A stretch of 60,353 nucleotides of DNA. It comes from Gaiellales bacterium (GTDB lineage: Bacteria; Actinomycetota; Thermoleophilia; Gaiellales; JAICJC01). Made by a program: the position numbers and the translations under genes. This document shows, in pieces, positions 9,263 to 19,869 of this stretch. The stretch lies in NCBI GenBank assembly GCA_035473255.1, contig DATIOK010000209.1, positions 1-60,353 on the forward strand, in the 5' to 3' direction. Position 1 is the stretch's first letter. Every line of letters begins with the position of its first letter. The notes under the pieces are model-generated. The model saw only the letters and a program-made list of their open reading frames with translations, was not told where the DNA came from and did no database searches.

Positions 9263-10059
9263 AGGTAGGTGCCCCGCTGGGCAACGCGGGTCTTGACGAT
9301 AACGGATCCGCAGCGCGGACACGGCTCGCCTGCGCGGTCGAAGACGTGGAAGCGCTCCTGCATCGAGCCGGGCGTCCCATCCACCGACCGGTACGTGTCG
9401 ATGCTGGCCCCCTGCGCGTCGATCCCGCGCTCGAGCACGGCGATCACGGCGTCGTGCACGCGGGCCGCTCGCACGGCGCCCAGCCTGCCGCCGGGGGTCA
9501 GCGGGTGCACCCGCGCCTCCCACAGTGCCTCGTCCGCGTAGATGTTGCCGACGCCGGCCACCACTCGCTGGTCGAGCAGCAACGCCTTCACCGGCGCCGT
9601 GCGCCCCCGCAGCGCCGCGCGCAGCTGCGCCGCCGTCCAGTCGCCACCCAGCGGCTCCGGCCCGACCCGGCCGCGCCAGTAGTCCTCGAGCCCGCCCGGC
9701 TCGATCAGCCGCATCGTGCCGAACCGCCGCTGGTCGCTGTAGAGCAGCCAGGTGCCGTCGTCCAGCTCGAACACCGCTCGCAGGTGCGGACGCTCCGTCA
9801 ACTCCGTCACGTGATGAAACCACCCGGTCATGCGCAGGTGGCAGACCAGCGTGCGCCCGTCGTCGAGCCCGACGGCCAGGTACTTGCCACGCCGCCCGAC
9901 CCCGGTCACGACCGCGCCCAGCAGCTCGTGCGCGACCGCCGCCGGATCGGCCGGCGCCGTCAGGCGGCCATCGCGGATGTCGACGCCGACCAGCTCCCGC
10001 CCGACCAGCACCTTCACCAACCCCCGCCGCACGGTCTCCACCTCCGGCAGCTCAGGCAT
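9235..10059 (-). CDS. mutM: Formamidopyrimidine-DNA glycosylase (Fpg)
   Basis: Start ATG 10059 MPELPEVETV; RRGKYL, HLRMTG, DQRRFG, H2TH motif LLDQRVVAGVGNIYADE, zinc finger CPRC...CPRC. Confidence 0.96.
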   Translation of the reverse strand: MPELPEVETVRRGLVKVLVGRELVGVDIRDGRLTAPADPAAVAHELLGAVVTGVGRRGKYLAVGLDDGRTLVCHLRMTGWFHHVTELTERPHLRAVFELDDGTWLLYSDQRRFGTMRLIEPGGLEDYWRGRVGPEPLGGDWTAAQLRAALRGRTAPVKALLLDQRVVAGVGNIYADEALWEARVHPLTPGGRLGAVRAARVHDAVIAVLERGIDAQGASIDTYRSVDGTPGSMQERFHVFDRAGEPCPRCGSVIVKTRVAQRGTYLCPRCTPRP

Positions 10060-11287
10060 CGACGTCCCCCAGCAGCAGCGGCTCCCGGTCGGCCGGCGCG
10101 TCGCCGATCTCGAAGCACGCCGCCACCGCATCCAGGTCGGCCTCGCCGCGGGCGTGCACCGTCGCCAGCGGCTCGCCCGCCTCGACACGGTCGCCGCGCT
10201 TGCGGTACACGAGGACGCCGACGGCGTGGTCGACGACGTCCTCCTTCGTGGCGCGGCCGGCCCCGAGCCGCATCACCTGCTCGCCGATGCTGCGGGCGTG
10301 ACAGCGCTGGACGACACCGGAGCGTGGCGCCGGCACCTCGACCACGAGCGGCGCCCGCGGCAGCGGGGCTTCGGGGTCGCCACCCTGCGCGGCCACCCAG
10401 CGCTGATAGCGCTCGTACGCCGCACCCGAGTCGAGCGCGCGGCGAACCACGGCCTCGTCGCCCGCCAGCACCGTGGCCTGGTGGACGCAGAGCTCCGTGA
10501 TGTCGGCCGGGCCCTGGCCGCGCAGCGTGTCCACCGCCTCGGCCACCTCCAGCGCGTCGCCGACGGCGGCGCCCAGCGGCTCGGACATGTTCGAGAGCAG
10601 CGCGCGCGTGTCGATGTCGTGGTCGCGCCCCAACCCCACCATCAGGCCGGCCAGCCGACGGGCGGCGTCGGCATCCGGCAGCAGCGCGCCCTCCCCCACC
10701 TTGACGTCGAGCAGCAGCCGCGACGCGCCGGCCGCCACCTTCTTCGACATGATGCTGGCGGCGATCAGCGGCAGGCTGGAGACGGTGGCGGTGGCGTCGC
10801 GGAGCGCGTACAGGCGACCGTCGGCCGGGGCCAGCTCCGGCGTCTGTCCGCACACCGCCACGCCGACCTGCTCGACCTGCCGGCGCATTCCCGCCAGGGA
10901 CAGCGACACGCGCATGCCCGGGATCGCCTCGAGCTTGTCGAGCGTCCCGCCCGTGTGCCCCAGCCCGCGTCCGCTCATCTTGGCGACCAGCACTCCGCAG
11001 GCGGCCACCAGCGGCGCCAGCACGAGCGTCGTCGAGTCGCCGACCCCGCCCGTCGAGTGCTTGTCGGCCACCGGCCACGGCCACGACACGCGCTGCCCGG
11101 ACGCGACCATCGCGTCCAGCAGCCCGCGCGTCTCTTCGTCGCTGAGGCCGTTCAGCACGACCGCCATCAGGAAGGCCGACAGCTGGTAGTCGGGCACGCC
11201 CGGCGCGACCATGGCGGCGATCTCGGCGGCCGACAGCGCTCCGCCGTCGCGCTTGCGCGCGATCAGGTCGGTGATTCGCTGGGCCAC
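10052..11287 (-). CDS. pdp: Pyrimidine-nucleoside (thymidine) phosphorylase
   Basis: DKHSTGGVGD, KMSGRGLGHTGGTLDKLEAIPG, PADGRLYALRDATATV, SIMSKK, DVKVGEGA. Confidence 0.93.
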   Translation of the reverse strand: MAQRITDLIARKRDGGALSAAEIAAMVAPGVPDYQLSAFLMAVVLNGLSDEETRGLLDAMVASGQRVSWPWPVADKHSTGGVGDSTTLVLAPLVAACGVLVAKMSGRGLGHTGGTLDKLEAIPGMRVSLSLAGMRRQVEQVGVAVCGQTPELAPADGRLYALRDATATVSSLPLIAASIMSKKVAAGASRLLLDVKVGEGALLPDADAARRLAGLMVGLGRDHDIDTRALLSNMSEPLGAAVGDALEVAEAVDTLRGQGPADITELCVHQATVLAGDEAVVRRALDSGAAYERYQRWVAAQGGDPEAPLPRAPLVVEVPAPRSGVVQRCHARSIGEQVMRLGAGRATKEDVVDHAVGVLVYRKRGDRVEAGEPLATVHARGEADLDAVAACFEIGDAPADREPLLLGDVDA

Positions 11288-12448
11288 TCAGATCACCGGG
11301 GTGCCCGGCAGGTCGGGATCGTGGCCGCCCACCAGATGCCGCTGCACGGTGGCTCCGATGTCGGCGAACGTGTCGCCGTCGTGGCGCCGCCCGCTGGCCG
11401 GCCTGCCCACGATGTGGGCCAGCAGCAGCCCGTACTCGCGCGAATGGTCGGTGGAGGCCGTGGTGGGATCGCAGCCGTGATCCGAGGTCAGCACCAGCAG
11501 GTCTCCGTGCCGCAGCGCGGCCATCAGCCGCGGCAGCTCCTCGTCGAACTCGCGGAGGCAGTCGGCGAACCCGGCGGGGTCGTTGCGGTGGCCCCAGATC
11601 ATGTCGGTCTCGACCAGGTTGGTGAACACCAGGTCGCCGTCCTCCGAATCGCGGAGCCGGGCGATCGTGCGGGCGATGCCCTGGCCGTTCGACTCGGTCG
11701 GGCTGGAGGTGTCCACATCCTGCCCGGCGAAGATGTCCGAGATCTTGCCGACCCCGTGCACCGTCACGCCGCCCGCGCGCATGCGCTGCAGGTGGTTCGG
11801 CCGCGGCGGCAGCAGCGAGAAATCGTGGCGGCGGGGCGTGCGCACGAACGACCCCGGCTCGCCCTCGAACGGCCGCGCGATCACCCGCCCCACGGCGAGA
11901 TCTCCGGTCAGCATCTCGCGTGCGGTGCGGCAGGCCGCGTACAGCTCCTCCAGCGGCACCGTCTGCTCGTGCGCCGCCACCTGGAACACGCTGTCGGCGG
12001 ACGTGTACACGATCCAGTCGCCGCTGCGCTGGTGCTGCTCCCCCAGCCGCTCGATGATCTCGGTGCCGGAGGCGGCCACGTTGCCGATCACGCCGCGGCC
12101 GGTCGCCTCGCTGAAGCGGTCGAGCAGCTCCTTCGGAAAGCCGTCGGGGAAGGTCGGGAATGGCTCGGTGATGATGCCCATCATCTCCCAGTGCCCGGCG
12201 GTGGTGTCCATCCCGAGGCTGCGCTCGGCCAGCCGGCCCCACACGGCCGGGGCATCCGCGCGCGGCGGGCACCCGGCCAGCGGCAACACGTTGCCCAGCC
12301 CCAACTGTTGCAGCGCCGTCAGCTCGAGGCCGCCGACCGCCTCAGCCACGTGCCCGAGCGTGTTCGACCCGGCCGTGCCGAACCGGTCGGCGTCCGGCAG
12401 GTCGCCGACCCCGACGGCGTCCAGCACGATCACGCAGGCACGGGCCAT
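11288..12448 (-). CDS. deoB: Phosphopentomutase
   Basis: ATG 12448 chosen (TAGATT 7 nt upstream). VIVLDAVGVG, DTTAGHWE, YTSADSVFQVAAHE, GRVIARPF, NLVETD..WGHRND, SDHGCDP, DHSREY. Confidence 0.95.
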   Translation of the reverse strand: MARACVIVLDAVGVGDLPDADRFGTAGSNTLGHVAEAVGGLELTALQQLGLGNVLPLAGCPPRADAPAVWGRLAERSLGMDTTAGHWEMMGIITEPFPTFPDGFPKELLDRFSEATGRGVIGNVAASGTEIIERLGEQHQRSGDWIVYTSADSVFQVAAHEQTVPLEELYAACRTAREMLTGDLAVGRVIARPFEGEPGSFVRTPRRHDFSLLPPRPNHLQRMRAGGVTVHGVGKISDIFAGQDVDTSSPTESNGQGIARTIARLRDSEDGDLVFTNLVETDMIWGHRNDPAGFADCLREFDEELPRLMAALRHGDLLVLTSDHGCDPTTASTDHSREYGLLLAHIVGRPASGRRHDGDTFADIGATVQRHLVGGHDPDLPGTPVI

Positions 12449-12475
12449 CCCGGGCAATCTAGATGACCCTCAGCG

Positions 12476-13306
12476 CTAGCCGGATACAAGCGACCGCCGC
12501 ATCTCCCACTGCCAATGGCCTTCCGTCTCGGCCGCCAGCGAGCGCAGCAGCGCCCCCGCCTCCCACCACTCCTCCGGAATCAACGCGGGAATGCCGACCC
12601 ATGCGGCCGGGAGCAGCGAGACGGCGCGGGTCGCCAGCCCCTTGCGCCGGCGCTCGGGGTCGACCGCCAAGGCGTACAGCCAGAAGTGGTCGCCGCGCCG
12701 CTTGCCGAGCAGCATGGCACGTCCGTCCAGGTGCTGTGCCGGGATGTGCGCCAACGACTCCGTCTCCAGCTGCCAGGGCGGGTCGCGCCAGCCCCACCGC
12801 GACAGCCTGTCGATCGCGGTATCGGTGTCGCACTCCGCCAGCCCTCCCGAGAGGCGTGAGCGGAGGCCGCGGCCGGGGCGCGCCAGCCGGTAGCCGAGCA
12901 GCCGGCGGCGCTGCTCGAAGCCGCTGCGGCGGTAGAGGCCGACAGCCGCGTCGTTGCCGTTCAGCACCTCCAGCGTGACCGTCCGCGCGCCCGCCGCGGC
13001 CAGCGCCTCGAGCGTCTGCTCCAGCACCAGCCGGCCCAGCCCCGATCGCCGGAAACCCGGCGCCGTGCCCTCGCCGCGGATGCTGGCGCGGTCGCCGCGC
13101 AGGGCACCGAGACAGAAGCTGGCAGGCGCTCCGTCGACGAACGCCACACGCGATAGCGCCGGGTCGACGTCGGTCTCGGTCAGGTAGAAACCGAGCGACG
13201 AGGCGTCCAGCACGGCCGGCACCGGATAGTCGGCGAAGGCAGCGTTGTGGAGGTCGGCCAGCCAGGCGACATCCTGCGCCCGGAGCGTCCTGACCTCGGG
13301 GTTCAA
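12476..13306 (-). CDS. GNAT-family N-acetyltransferase (two GNAT-like halves)
   Basis: Acetyl-CoA motifs GTAPGFRRSGLG and VDPERRRKGLA; LEVLNGNDAAVGLYRRSGF. TTG start overlaps the xerD stop. Confidence 0.75.
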   Translation of the reverse strand: MNPEVRTLRAQDVAWLADLHNAAFADYPVPAVLDASSLGFYLTETDVDPALSRVAFVDGAPASFCLGALRGDRASIRGEGTAPGFRRSGLGRLVLEQTLEALAAAGARTVTLEVLNGNDAAVGLYRRSGFEQRRRLLGYRLARPGRGLRSRLSGGLAECDTDTAIDRLSRWGWRDPPWQLETESLAHIPAQHLDGRAMLLGKRRGDHFWLYALAVDPERRRKGLATRAVSLLPAAWVGIPALIPEEWWEAGALLRSLAAETEGHWQWEMRRSLVSG

Positions 13307-14184
13307 GCCCGGGGGTGCGCCTTCTGGTACGCCTCGCGGACGTGCTCGACCGAGACGTGGGTGTAGACCTGCGTGGTCTCGATCGACGCGTGCCCGAGCA
13401 TCTCCTGCACGCTTCGCAGGTCACAGCCGTTCTCGATCAGGTGCGTCGCGAACGAGTGGCGCAGCGTGTGCGGCGTCACGATCTTTTCGATACCGGCCTC
13501 GCGGGCGTGCTCGCGCACCAGCTGGAAGACCGCCTGGCGGGTGATGCCCTGGCCGCGATGGTTCAGGAACAGGATGTCGCCGCGCTGCATGCGGCCCAGG
13601 TAGGGCCGGCCGCGCTGCATGTAGATGCGGATCGCCTCGATGGCGCGGCCGCCCGTCGGCACGACGCGCTGCTTGGCGCCCTTGCCCATGCAGCGCACCA
13701 GCCCCTCCTCGAGGTCGATGTCGGACACCCGCAGGGACACCAGCTCGGACACCCGCAGCCCGGCCCCGTACATCAGCTCCAGCATGGCGCGGTCGCGGAG
13801 GCCGCGCGGAGACGCGTCCGGGCTGGTCACGATCGCCTCCGCCTCCTGCGGCGTCAGCGGCTCCGGCAGCCTGCGACCCAGCCGCGGCAGCGGCACCGTG
13901 CGACCGGCATCGGGGCGGCCGCCCTCGCGGGCCCGGTACTTGAGAAAGGCGCGAACGGCCGCGAGCCGGCGCCGCACCGTTGCTGGTGACAGGCCGCGGT
14001 CCTGCAGCGCCACGGCGTAATCGTCCAGGACGCTCACCTCGATCTGATCCGGGTCGACGTGCTCGACGAAGTCGCCGAGATCGATCAGGTCGCGCTTGTA
14101 GGCCTCGATCGTGTGGGGCGAGGCACCCCGCTCCAGCTGCAGGCTCGTCAGGAACTCCGCAAGTTTGGTGTCATAGGTGCGCAT
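13303..14184 (-). CDS. xerD: Site-specific tyrosine recombinase XerD
   Basis: LERGASPHTIEAYKRDL, RDRAMLELMYGAGLRVSEL, GKGAKQRVVP, TPHTLRHSFATHL, VQEMLGHASIETTQVYTH. Start 14184, alternative GTG 14205. Confidence 0.93.
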   Translation of the reverse strand: MRTYDTKLAEFLTSLQLERGASPHTIEAYKRDLIDLGDFVEHVDPDQIEVSVLDDYAVALQDRGLSPATVRRRLAAVRAFLKYRAREGGRPDAGRTVPLPRLGRRLPEPLTPQEAEAIVTSPDASPRGLRDRAMLELMYGAGLRVSELVSLRVSDIDLEEGLVRCMGKGAKQRVVPTGGRAIEAIRIYMQRGRPYLGRMQRGDILFLNHRGQGITRQAVFQLVREHAREAGIEKIVTPHTLRHSFATHLIENGCDLRSVQEMLGHASIETTQVYTHVSVEHVREAYQKAHPRA

Positions 14185-14278
14185 CACGTACGGGGCTTTC
14201 GTCACGGTGGCAACGATCCCTCTTCGTGCAGCATACGACTCCGCGCAAGCGGGCAACGGGCGCGCACACGCCGGCCGG

Positions 14279-15397
14279 TCAGGCCGGCAGCGCCACCTGA
14301 TCGAGCGCCGTGTACTCCATCCCCACCGCCTCGGCGACCGGCTCGTAGGTGAGCTTTCCGTCGATCACGTTGACGCCCTTGGCGAGGGCCGGATCCTCAA
14401 CGATCGCGCGACTGACGCCCTTGTCGGCGATCGCCTCGACGTAGGGCAGCGTGACGTTCGTGAGCGCTCCGGTCGACGTGATCGGCACCGCTCCCGGCAT
14501 GTTCGCAACGCAGTAGTGGAGCACGTCGTCGACCACGTAGGTGGGATCGGTGTGCGTTGTCGGCCGAGAGGTCTCGAAGCAGCCGCCCTGGTCGATCGCC
14601 ACGTCCACGAGCACCGAGGCCGCCTTCATCGTGCCCAGCATCCCGCGGGTGATCAGGCGCGGGGCCTTCGCGCCCGGGATCAGCACCCCGCCGATCACCA
14701 GGTCGGCCTCGGGCAGCGCCTCCTCGATGGCGTGCCGGCTGGACATCTGCAGGAGCACCGTGCGGCCCAGGCTGACGTCGAGCTCGCGCATGCGATCGAC
14801 GCTGCGCTCGAAAATGGTGACGTCGCACTGCATACCCTGGGCGATCAGCGCGGCGTTGTACCCGACGATGCCGCCGCCCAGCACCAGCACCTTGGCCGGC
14901 AGCACGCCCGGCACGCCGCCCATCAGCCGGCCACGGCCGCCGAACGGCTTCATCAGGTAGTAGGCGCCGACCTGGGCGGACAGCCGTCCCGCCACCTCGC
15001 TCATCGGTGCCAGCAGCGGCAGCCGGTGATCGGGCGTCTCCACCGTCTCGTAGGCGATCGCGGTGGCGCCACTCTCGACCAGGCCGCGCGTCAGCTCGGG
15101 GGCCGCCGCCAGGTGCAGGTAGGTGAACAGCACCTGGCCGGGCGAGAGCTTCTGGTACTCGCCGTCCAGCGGTTCCTTCACCTTGAGCACCATCTCCGAC
15201 TCGCCCCAGACCGTGTCGACGTCGGCGATCGAGGCGCCGGCGGCGACGTAGTCGTCGTCCGAGATGGCGCTGCCCTCGCCGGCCCCGGTCTCGATCACGA
15301 CCTCATGGCCGCGGTGGATCAGCTCACGCGCGCCGGCATTGGTCAGCGCAACGCGGTACTCGTCCTGCTTGATCTCCTTGGCTACGCCGATCTTCAT
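14279..15397 (-). CDS. ald: Alanine dehydrogenase
   Basis: [62 protein letters not shown]. Confidence 0.96.
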   Translation of the reverse strand: MKIGVAKEIKQDEYRVALTNAGARELIHRGHEVVIETGAGEGSAISDDDYVAAGASIADVDTVWGESEMVLKVKEPLDGEYQKLSPGQVLFTYLHLAAAPELTRGLVESGATAIAYETVETPDHRLPLLAPMSEVAGRLSAQVGAYYLMKPFGGRGRLMGGVPGVLPAKVLVLGGGIVGYNAALIAQGMQCDVTIFERSVDRMRELDVSLGRTVLLQMSSRHAIEEALPEADLVIGGVLIPGAKAPRLITRGMLGTMKAASVLVDVAIDQGGCFETSRPTTHTDPTYVVDDVLHYCVANMPGAVPITSTGALTNVTLPYVEAIADKGVSRAIVEDPALAKGVNVIDGKLTYEPVAEAVGMEYTALDQVALPA

Positions 15398-15472
15398 GTG
15401 GACATACCCTCTTTGGATGGCGGGGACTCGGCCGCCCGAGGATCCCGCGGGTACGGCCGGTCAAACCCGGAG

Positions 15473-15478
15473 ATTGTA
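15473..15478 (-). promoter_or_regulatory. Putative -10 hexamer TACAAT for ald (leadered transcript)
   Basis: TACAAT on the minus strand ~75 nt upstream of the ald ATG; RBS-like AGAGGGT 8 nt before the ATG. Confidence 0.4.
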
Positions 15479-15483
15479 CGGCC

Positions 15484-16605
15484 TCATCCGCCGTTATGGG
15501 CAAGATCGATCAGCGCAGCGGTGACCGCGGTCATCCCCTCGAGGTCGGCCACCGAGATGTGCTCGGTCGACGTGTGGATCTCAGCAGCGCCGTTGCAGAG
15601 GTTCAGACAGGGCATGCCGGCGGCGTTGAACACGTTGGCGTCGGCGCCGCCGCCCGACTCGATGAAGCCGGGCTCGTAGCCGCAGGCGGCCAGCGCGCGC
15701 ACCGCCAGCGCGACCGGGCGCTCGTCACCGGAGAAGCGGTAGGTCTCATACTCGCTGGAGACCGCCGCCTCGACCTCGCACCCCGTCTCGCTGGCAGCGG
15801 CGGTGCAGGCGTCGAGGATCGCCTGCACCGTCTCACTCAGCCGGACGGCGCTGCGGCTGCGGGCCTCCGCGCTGACCACGCACAGCGGCGGGACGATGTT
15901 GCCGGCCACGCCGCCCTCGATCAGGCCGACGTTGGTGGTGGTCTCCGGGTCGATGCGGCCGAGCGGCATCGCGGCGATCGCACGCGCGGCGGCCAGGATC
16001 GCACTTCGTCCCTGCTCGGGGACCATGCCCGAGTGCGACGGCCGTCCCCGGAAGGTGAGCCGCAGCGTGCGCTGGGACGGCGCGGCCAGCACGATCTGGC
16101 CGATCGGCGCGGCGTGGTCGTAGCAGTAGCCGAACTCGGCCTGCAGCCGCGAGACGTCGAACCGCTTGGCGCCCCTCAGTCCGATCTCCTCCATCGGTGT
16201 GAACACCAGCTCCAGCCCGGCGTGCTCGCCCCCGCACTGCACGAGATCCCGCACGGCAGCCAGCATTGCCGCCACCGCCGCCTTGTTGTCCGCGCCCAGG
16301 ATCGCGTCCCGGCTGTTGGTGACCACGCCGTCGTTCACGACCGGCTCGATCGCATCCGTGGGCGGGACGGTGTCCAGGTGCGCGTTCAGGAAGATGGGCG
16401 TGCCGGGAGCGGTGGCCGGCAGGCGGCACATGATGTTCCCGATCTCCGACCCGATCGCGGCGCCGGCCTCGTCCTCGTCGGTCACGAGGCCGAGCTGGTG
16501 CAGGAAGCCGTGGATGCGGTCGGCGACCACCCGCTCGTGGCCCGGCGGGCTGCTGATCGCGGCCAGCTCCAGGAACATGTCGAGGACGGAGTCGGTGGAG
16601 TTCAT
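15484..16605 (-). CDS. M20/M25/M40 metallopeptidase (peptidase T-like / YqjE)
   Basis: NAHLDTV, ILGADNKAAVA, EEIGLRGAK, GRPSHSG..PEQGRSAI, SGGGADANVFN, EIHTSTE. Confidence 0.9.
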   Translation of the reverse strand: MNSTDSVLDMFLELAAISSPPGHERVVADRIHGFLHQLGLVTDEDEAGAAIGSEIGNIMCRLPATAPGTPIFLNAHLDTVPPTDAIEPVVNDGVVTNSRDAILGADNKAAVAAMLAAVRDLVQCGGEHAGLELVFTPMEEIGLRGAKRFDVSRLQAEFGYCYDHAAPIGQIVLAAPSQRTLRLTFRGRPSHSGMVPEQGRSAILAAARAIAAMPLGRIDPETTTNVGLIEGGVAGNIVPPLCVVSAEARSRSAVRLSETVQAILDACTAAASETGCEVEAAVSSEYETYRFSGDERPVALAVRALAACGYEPGFIESGGGADANVFNAAGMPCLNLCNGAAEIHTSTEHISVADLEGMTAVTAALIDLAHNGG

Positions 16606-16614
16606 GGCGCTCCC

Positions 16615-18120
16615 CTACGCGAGGCTGTACAGCGTCCGGTACTTCGCCCACAGGTACCGCATGAACGGCGCGTGGTCGAGCCCGGAGCCGGTCACGCGCC
16701 GGATCAGATCCTCCCCCTGGTCGATGGCGCCCGCTCGGTGGACGTGCTCGCGCATCCAGCCCAGGACGTGCTGGAACTCACCGGCGCCGATGTGCTCCTC
16801 AGCCGCGGGATCGTCCTTGCAGTACGCATCCCAGAGCAGGGCCGAGTAGAGGTTGCCCAGCGTGTAGGTCGGGAAGTAGCCGAACGACCCGTGCGACCAG
16901 TGGATGTCCTGCATCACGCCCAGCACGTCGTTCTCGGGCCGCAGCCCAAGCGTGCGCTCGTAGGCATCGCCCCACGCTCCCGGCAGCTCCGCCACCTCGA
17001 GCTGGTCGCGCATCAGCGCCAGCTCCAGCTCGAAGCGGATCAGGATGTGCAGGTTGTAGGTGACCTCGTCGGCCTCGACGCGAATCAGCGACGGCTGCAC
17101 GCGGTTGCAGGCCACGTACAGCTGCTCGGCGGTGATGTCGGCCGCCACGTCCGGGAAGATCTCGCGCATCACCGGGGCGTAGTGATCCCAGAACGGCCGG
17201 CTGCGCCCCACGATGTTCTCCCACAGCCGCGACTGTGACTCGTGCAGCCCCAGCGACGGCGCCGCCGCCAGCGGCGTGTCCTCGTAGCGGGGCTCGAATC
17301 CCTGCTCGTACAGGCCGTGCCCGGCCTCGTGCACGGTCGAGTAGATCCCGCTCAGCGGGTGGCGCTCGTCGATGCGCGTCGTCACGCGGATGTCGCCCAG
17401 CGCCATGGTCTGGGTGAACGGGTGCGCGGAGCGGTCCTGGCGCCCGGCGGTGAGGTCGAACCCGAGGTCGCCCAGCAGCCGCATGGTCAGATCCCACTGC
17501 TGTGCGTCCGGGAACAGCCGCTGCTCGAACGGGGCCGGCTCCAGCTGCGGCGCCGCCACGATCGCGGCCAGCAGCTCGCCCAGCTCCGCGCGCAACGGGG
17601 CCAGCAGCGGCTCCAGACGCGCGACCCGCATGCCCGGCTCGAACTGGTCAAGCAGCGCGTCGTAGCGCTCACCGTCGAAGCCGACCAGGTCGGCTTCGTC
17701 CCGCTTGGCGGCGATGATCTCCTCGAGCGCCGGCTCGTAGAGGGCGAAGTCACCCTCCTCGCGCGCCACACGCCAGGCCACCGCGCCCCGCCCTTCGGCC
17801 AGCGCCAGCCGCCGCACGAACTCCGGCGGCAGCTTCACCGCGCGGTCGCGGTCGCGGCGCAGCAGCCGCACCATCTCCCGCCGCGGGCGGTCGAGCGGCT
17901 CATCGCCGGCCTGGTCGAGCAGCTCGCCCAGCCGCGGGTTCACCAGCATCTCGTGCCGGATCACCCGCATCGTCGCCATCTGGCGGGCGCGGGCATCGCT
18001 GCCGCGCAGCGGCATGTAGGTCTCCTGGTCCCAGCCCAGCAGCGCGTTGACGTTGCTGAGGTCGGCGAACCCGCGCATGCGCGCGGTCAGCTGCGACCAG
18101 GTGTCGTCGACCGTCGTCAT
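16615..18120 (-). CDS. Carboxypeptidase, family M32 (Taq-like)
   Basis: Start ATG 18120. LLGWDQETYMP, YDALLDQFEPG, DRSAHPF, HEAGH (HExxH), LHESQS, IRVEADEVTYNLH, QDIHW, YFPTYTLGN. Confidence 0.94.
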   Translation of the reverse strand: MTTVDDTWSQLTARMRGFADLSNVNALLGWDQETYMPLRGSDARARQMATMRVIRHEMLVNPRLGELLDQAGDEPLDRPRREMVRLLRRDRDRAVKLPPEFVRRLALAEGRGAVAWRVAREEGDFALYEPALEEIIAAKRDEADLVGFDGERYDALLDQFEPGMRVARLEPLLAPLRAELGELLAAIVAAPQLEPAPFEQRLFPDAQQWDLTMRLLGDLGFDLTAGRQDRSAHPFTQTMALGDIRVTTRIDERHPLSGIYSTVHEAGHGLYEQGFEPRYEDTPLAAAPSLGLHESQSRLWENIVGRSRPFWDHYAPVMREIFPDVAADITAEQLYVACNRVQPSLIRVEADEVTYNLHILIRFELELALMRDQLEVAELPGAWGDAYERTLGLRPENDVLGVMQDIHWSHGSFGYFPTYTLGNLYSALLWDAYCKDDPAAEEHIGAGEFQHVLGWMREHVHRAGAIDQGEDLIRRVTGSGLDHAPFMRYLWAKYRTLYSLA

Positions 18121-18146
18121 CCCCGGCTCGTCCGCTCGCGATCCGC

Positions 18147-19790
<1,644 letters not shown>

Positions 19791-19831
19791 CTGGTGTCCA
19801 CCTTTCCGAGAGTGACCGGCCCCGGGAAGGC

Positions 19832-19837
19832 ATCATA
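19832..19837 (-). promoter_or_regulatory. Putative -10 hexamer TATGAT for pyrG with a ~35-nt leader
   Basis: Minus strand: TATGATgccttcccggggccggtcactctcggaaaggtggacaccagGTG. Confidence 0.5.
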
Positions 19838-19869
19838 CGCGAGCACCACGACGGCGGCCCGGGCGGCGG

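Noticed and set aside
9830-12466. 878-aa plus-strand ORF and other long alternative-frame ORFs (e.g. 10014..12272, 14177..15679, 15496..17238, 22150..23976, 49011..51362)
   Set aside because: They overlap well-supported genes, are Arg/Ala/Gly/Pro-rich and motif-free; long stop-free shadow frames are expected at this GC content.
13303-14184. Tyrosine recombinase as a possible integrase or genomic island marker
   Set aside because: Sequence and xerD-deoB-pdp context match chromosomal XerD; no att repeats, tRNA or cargo genes seen.
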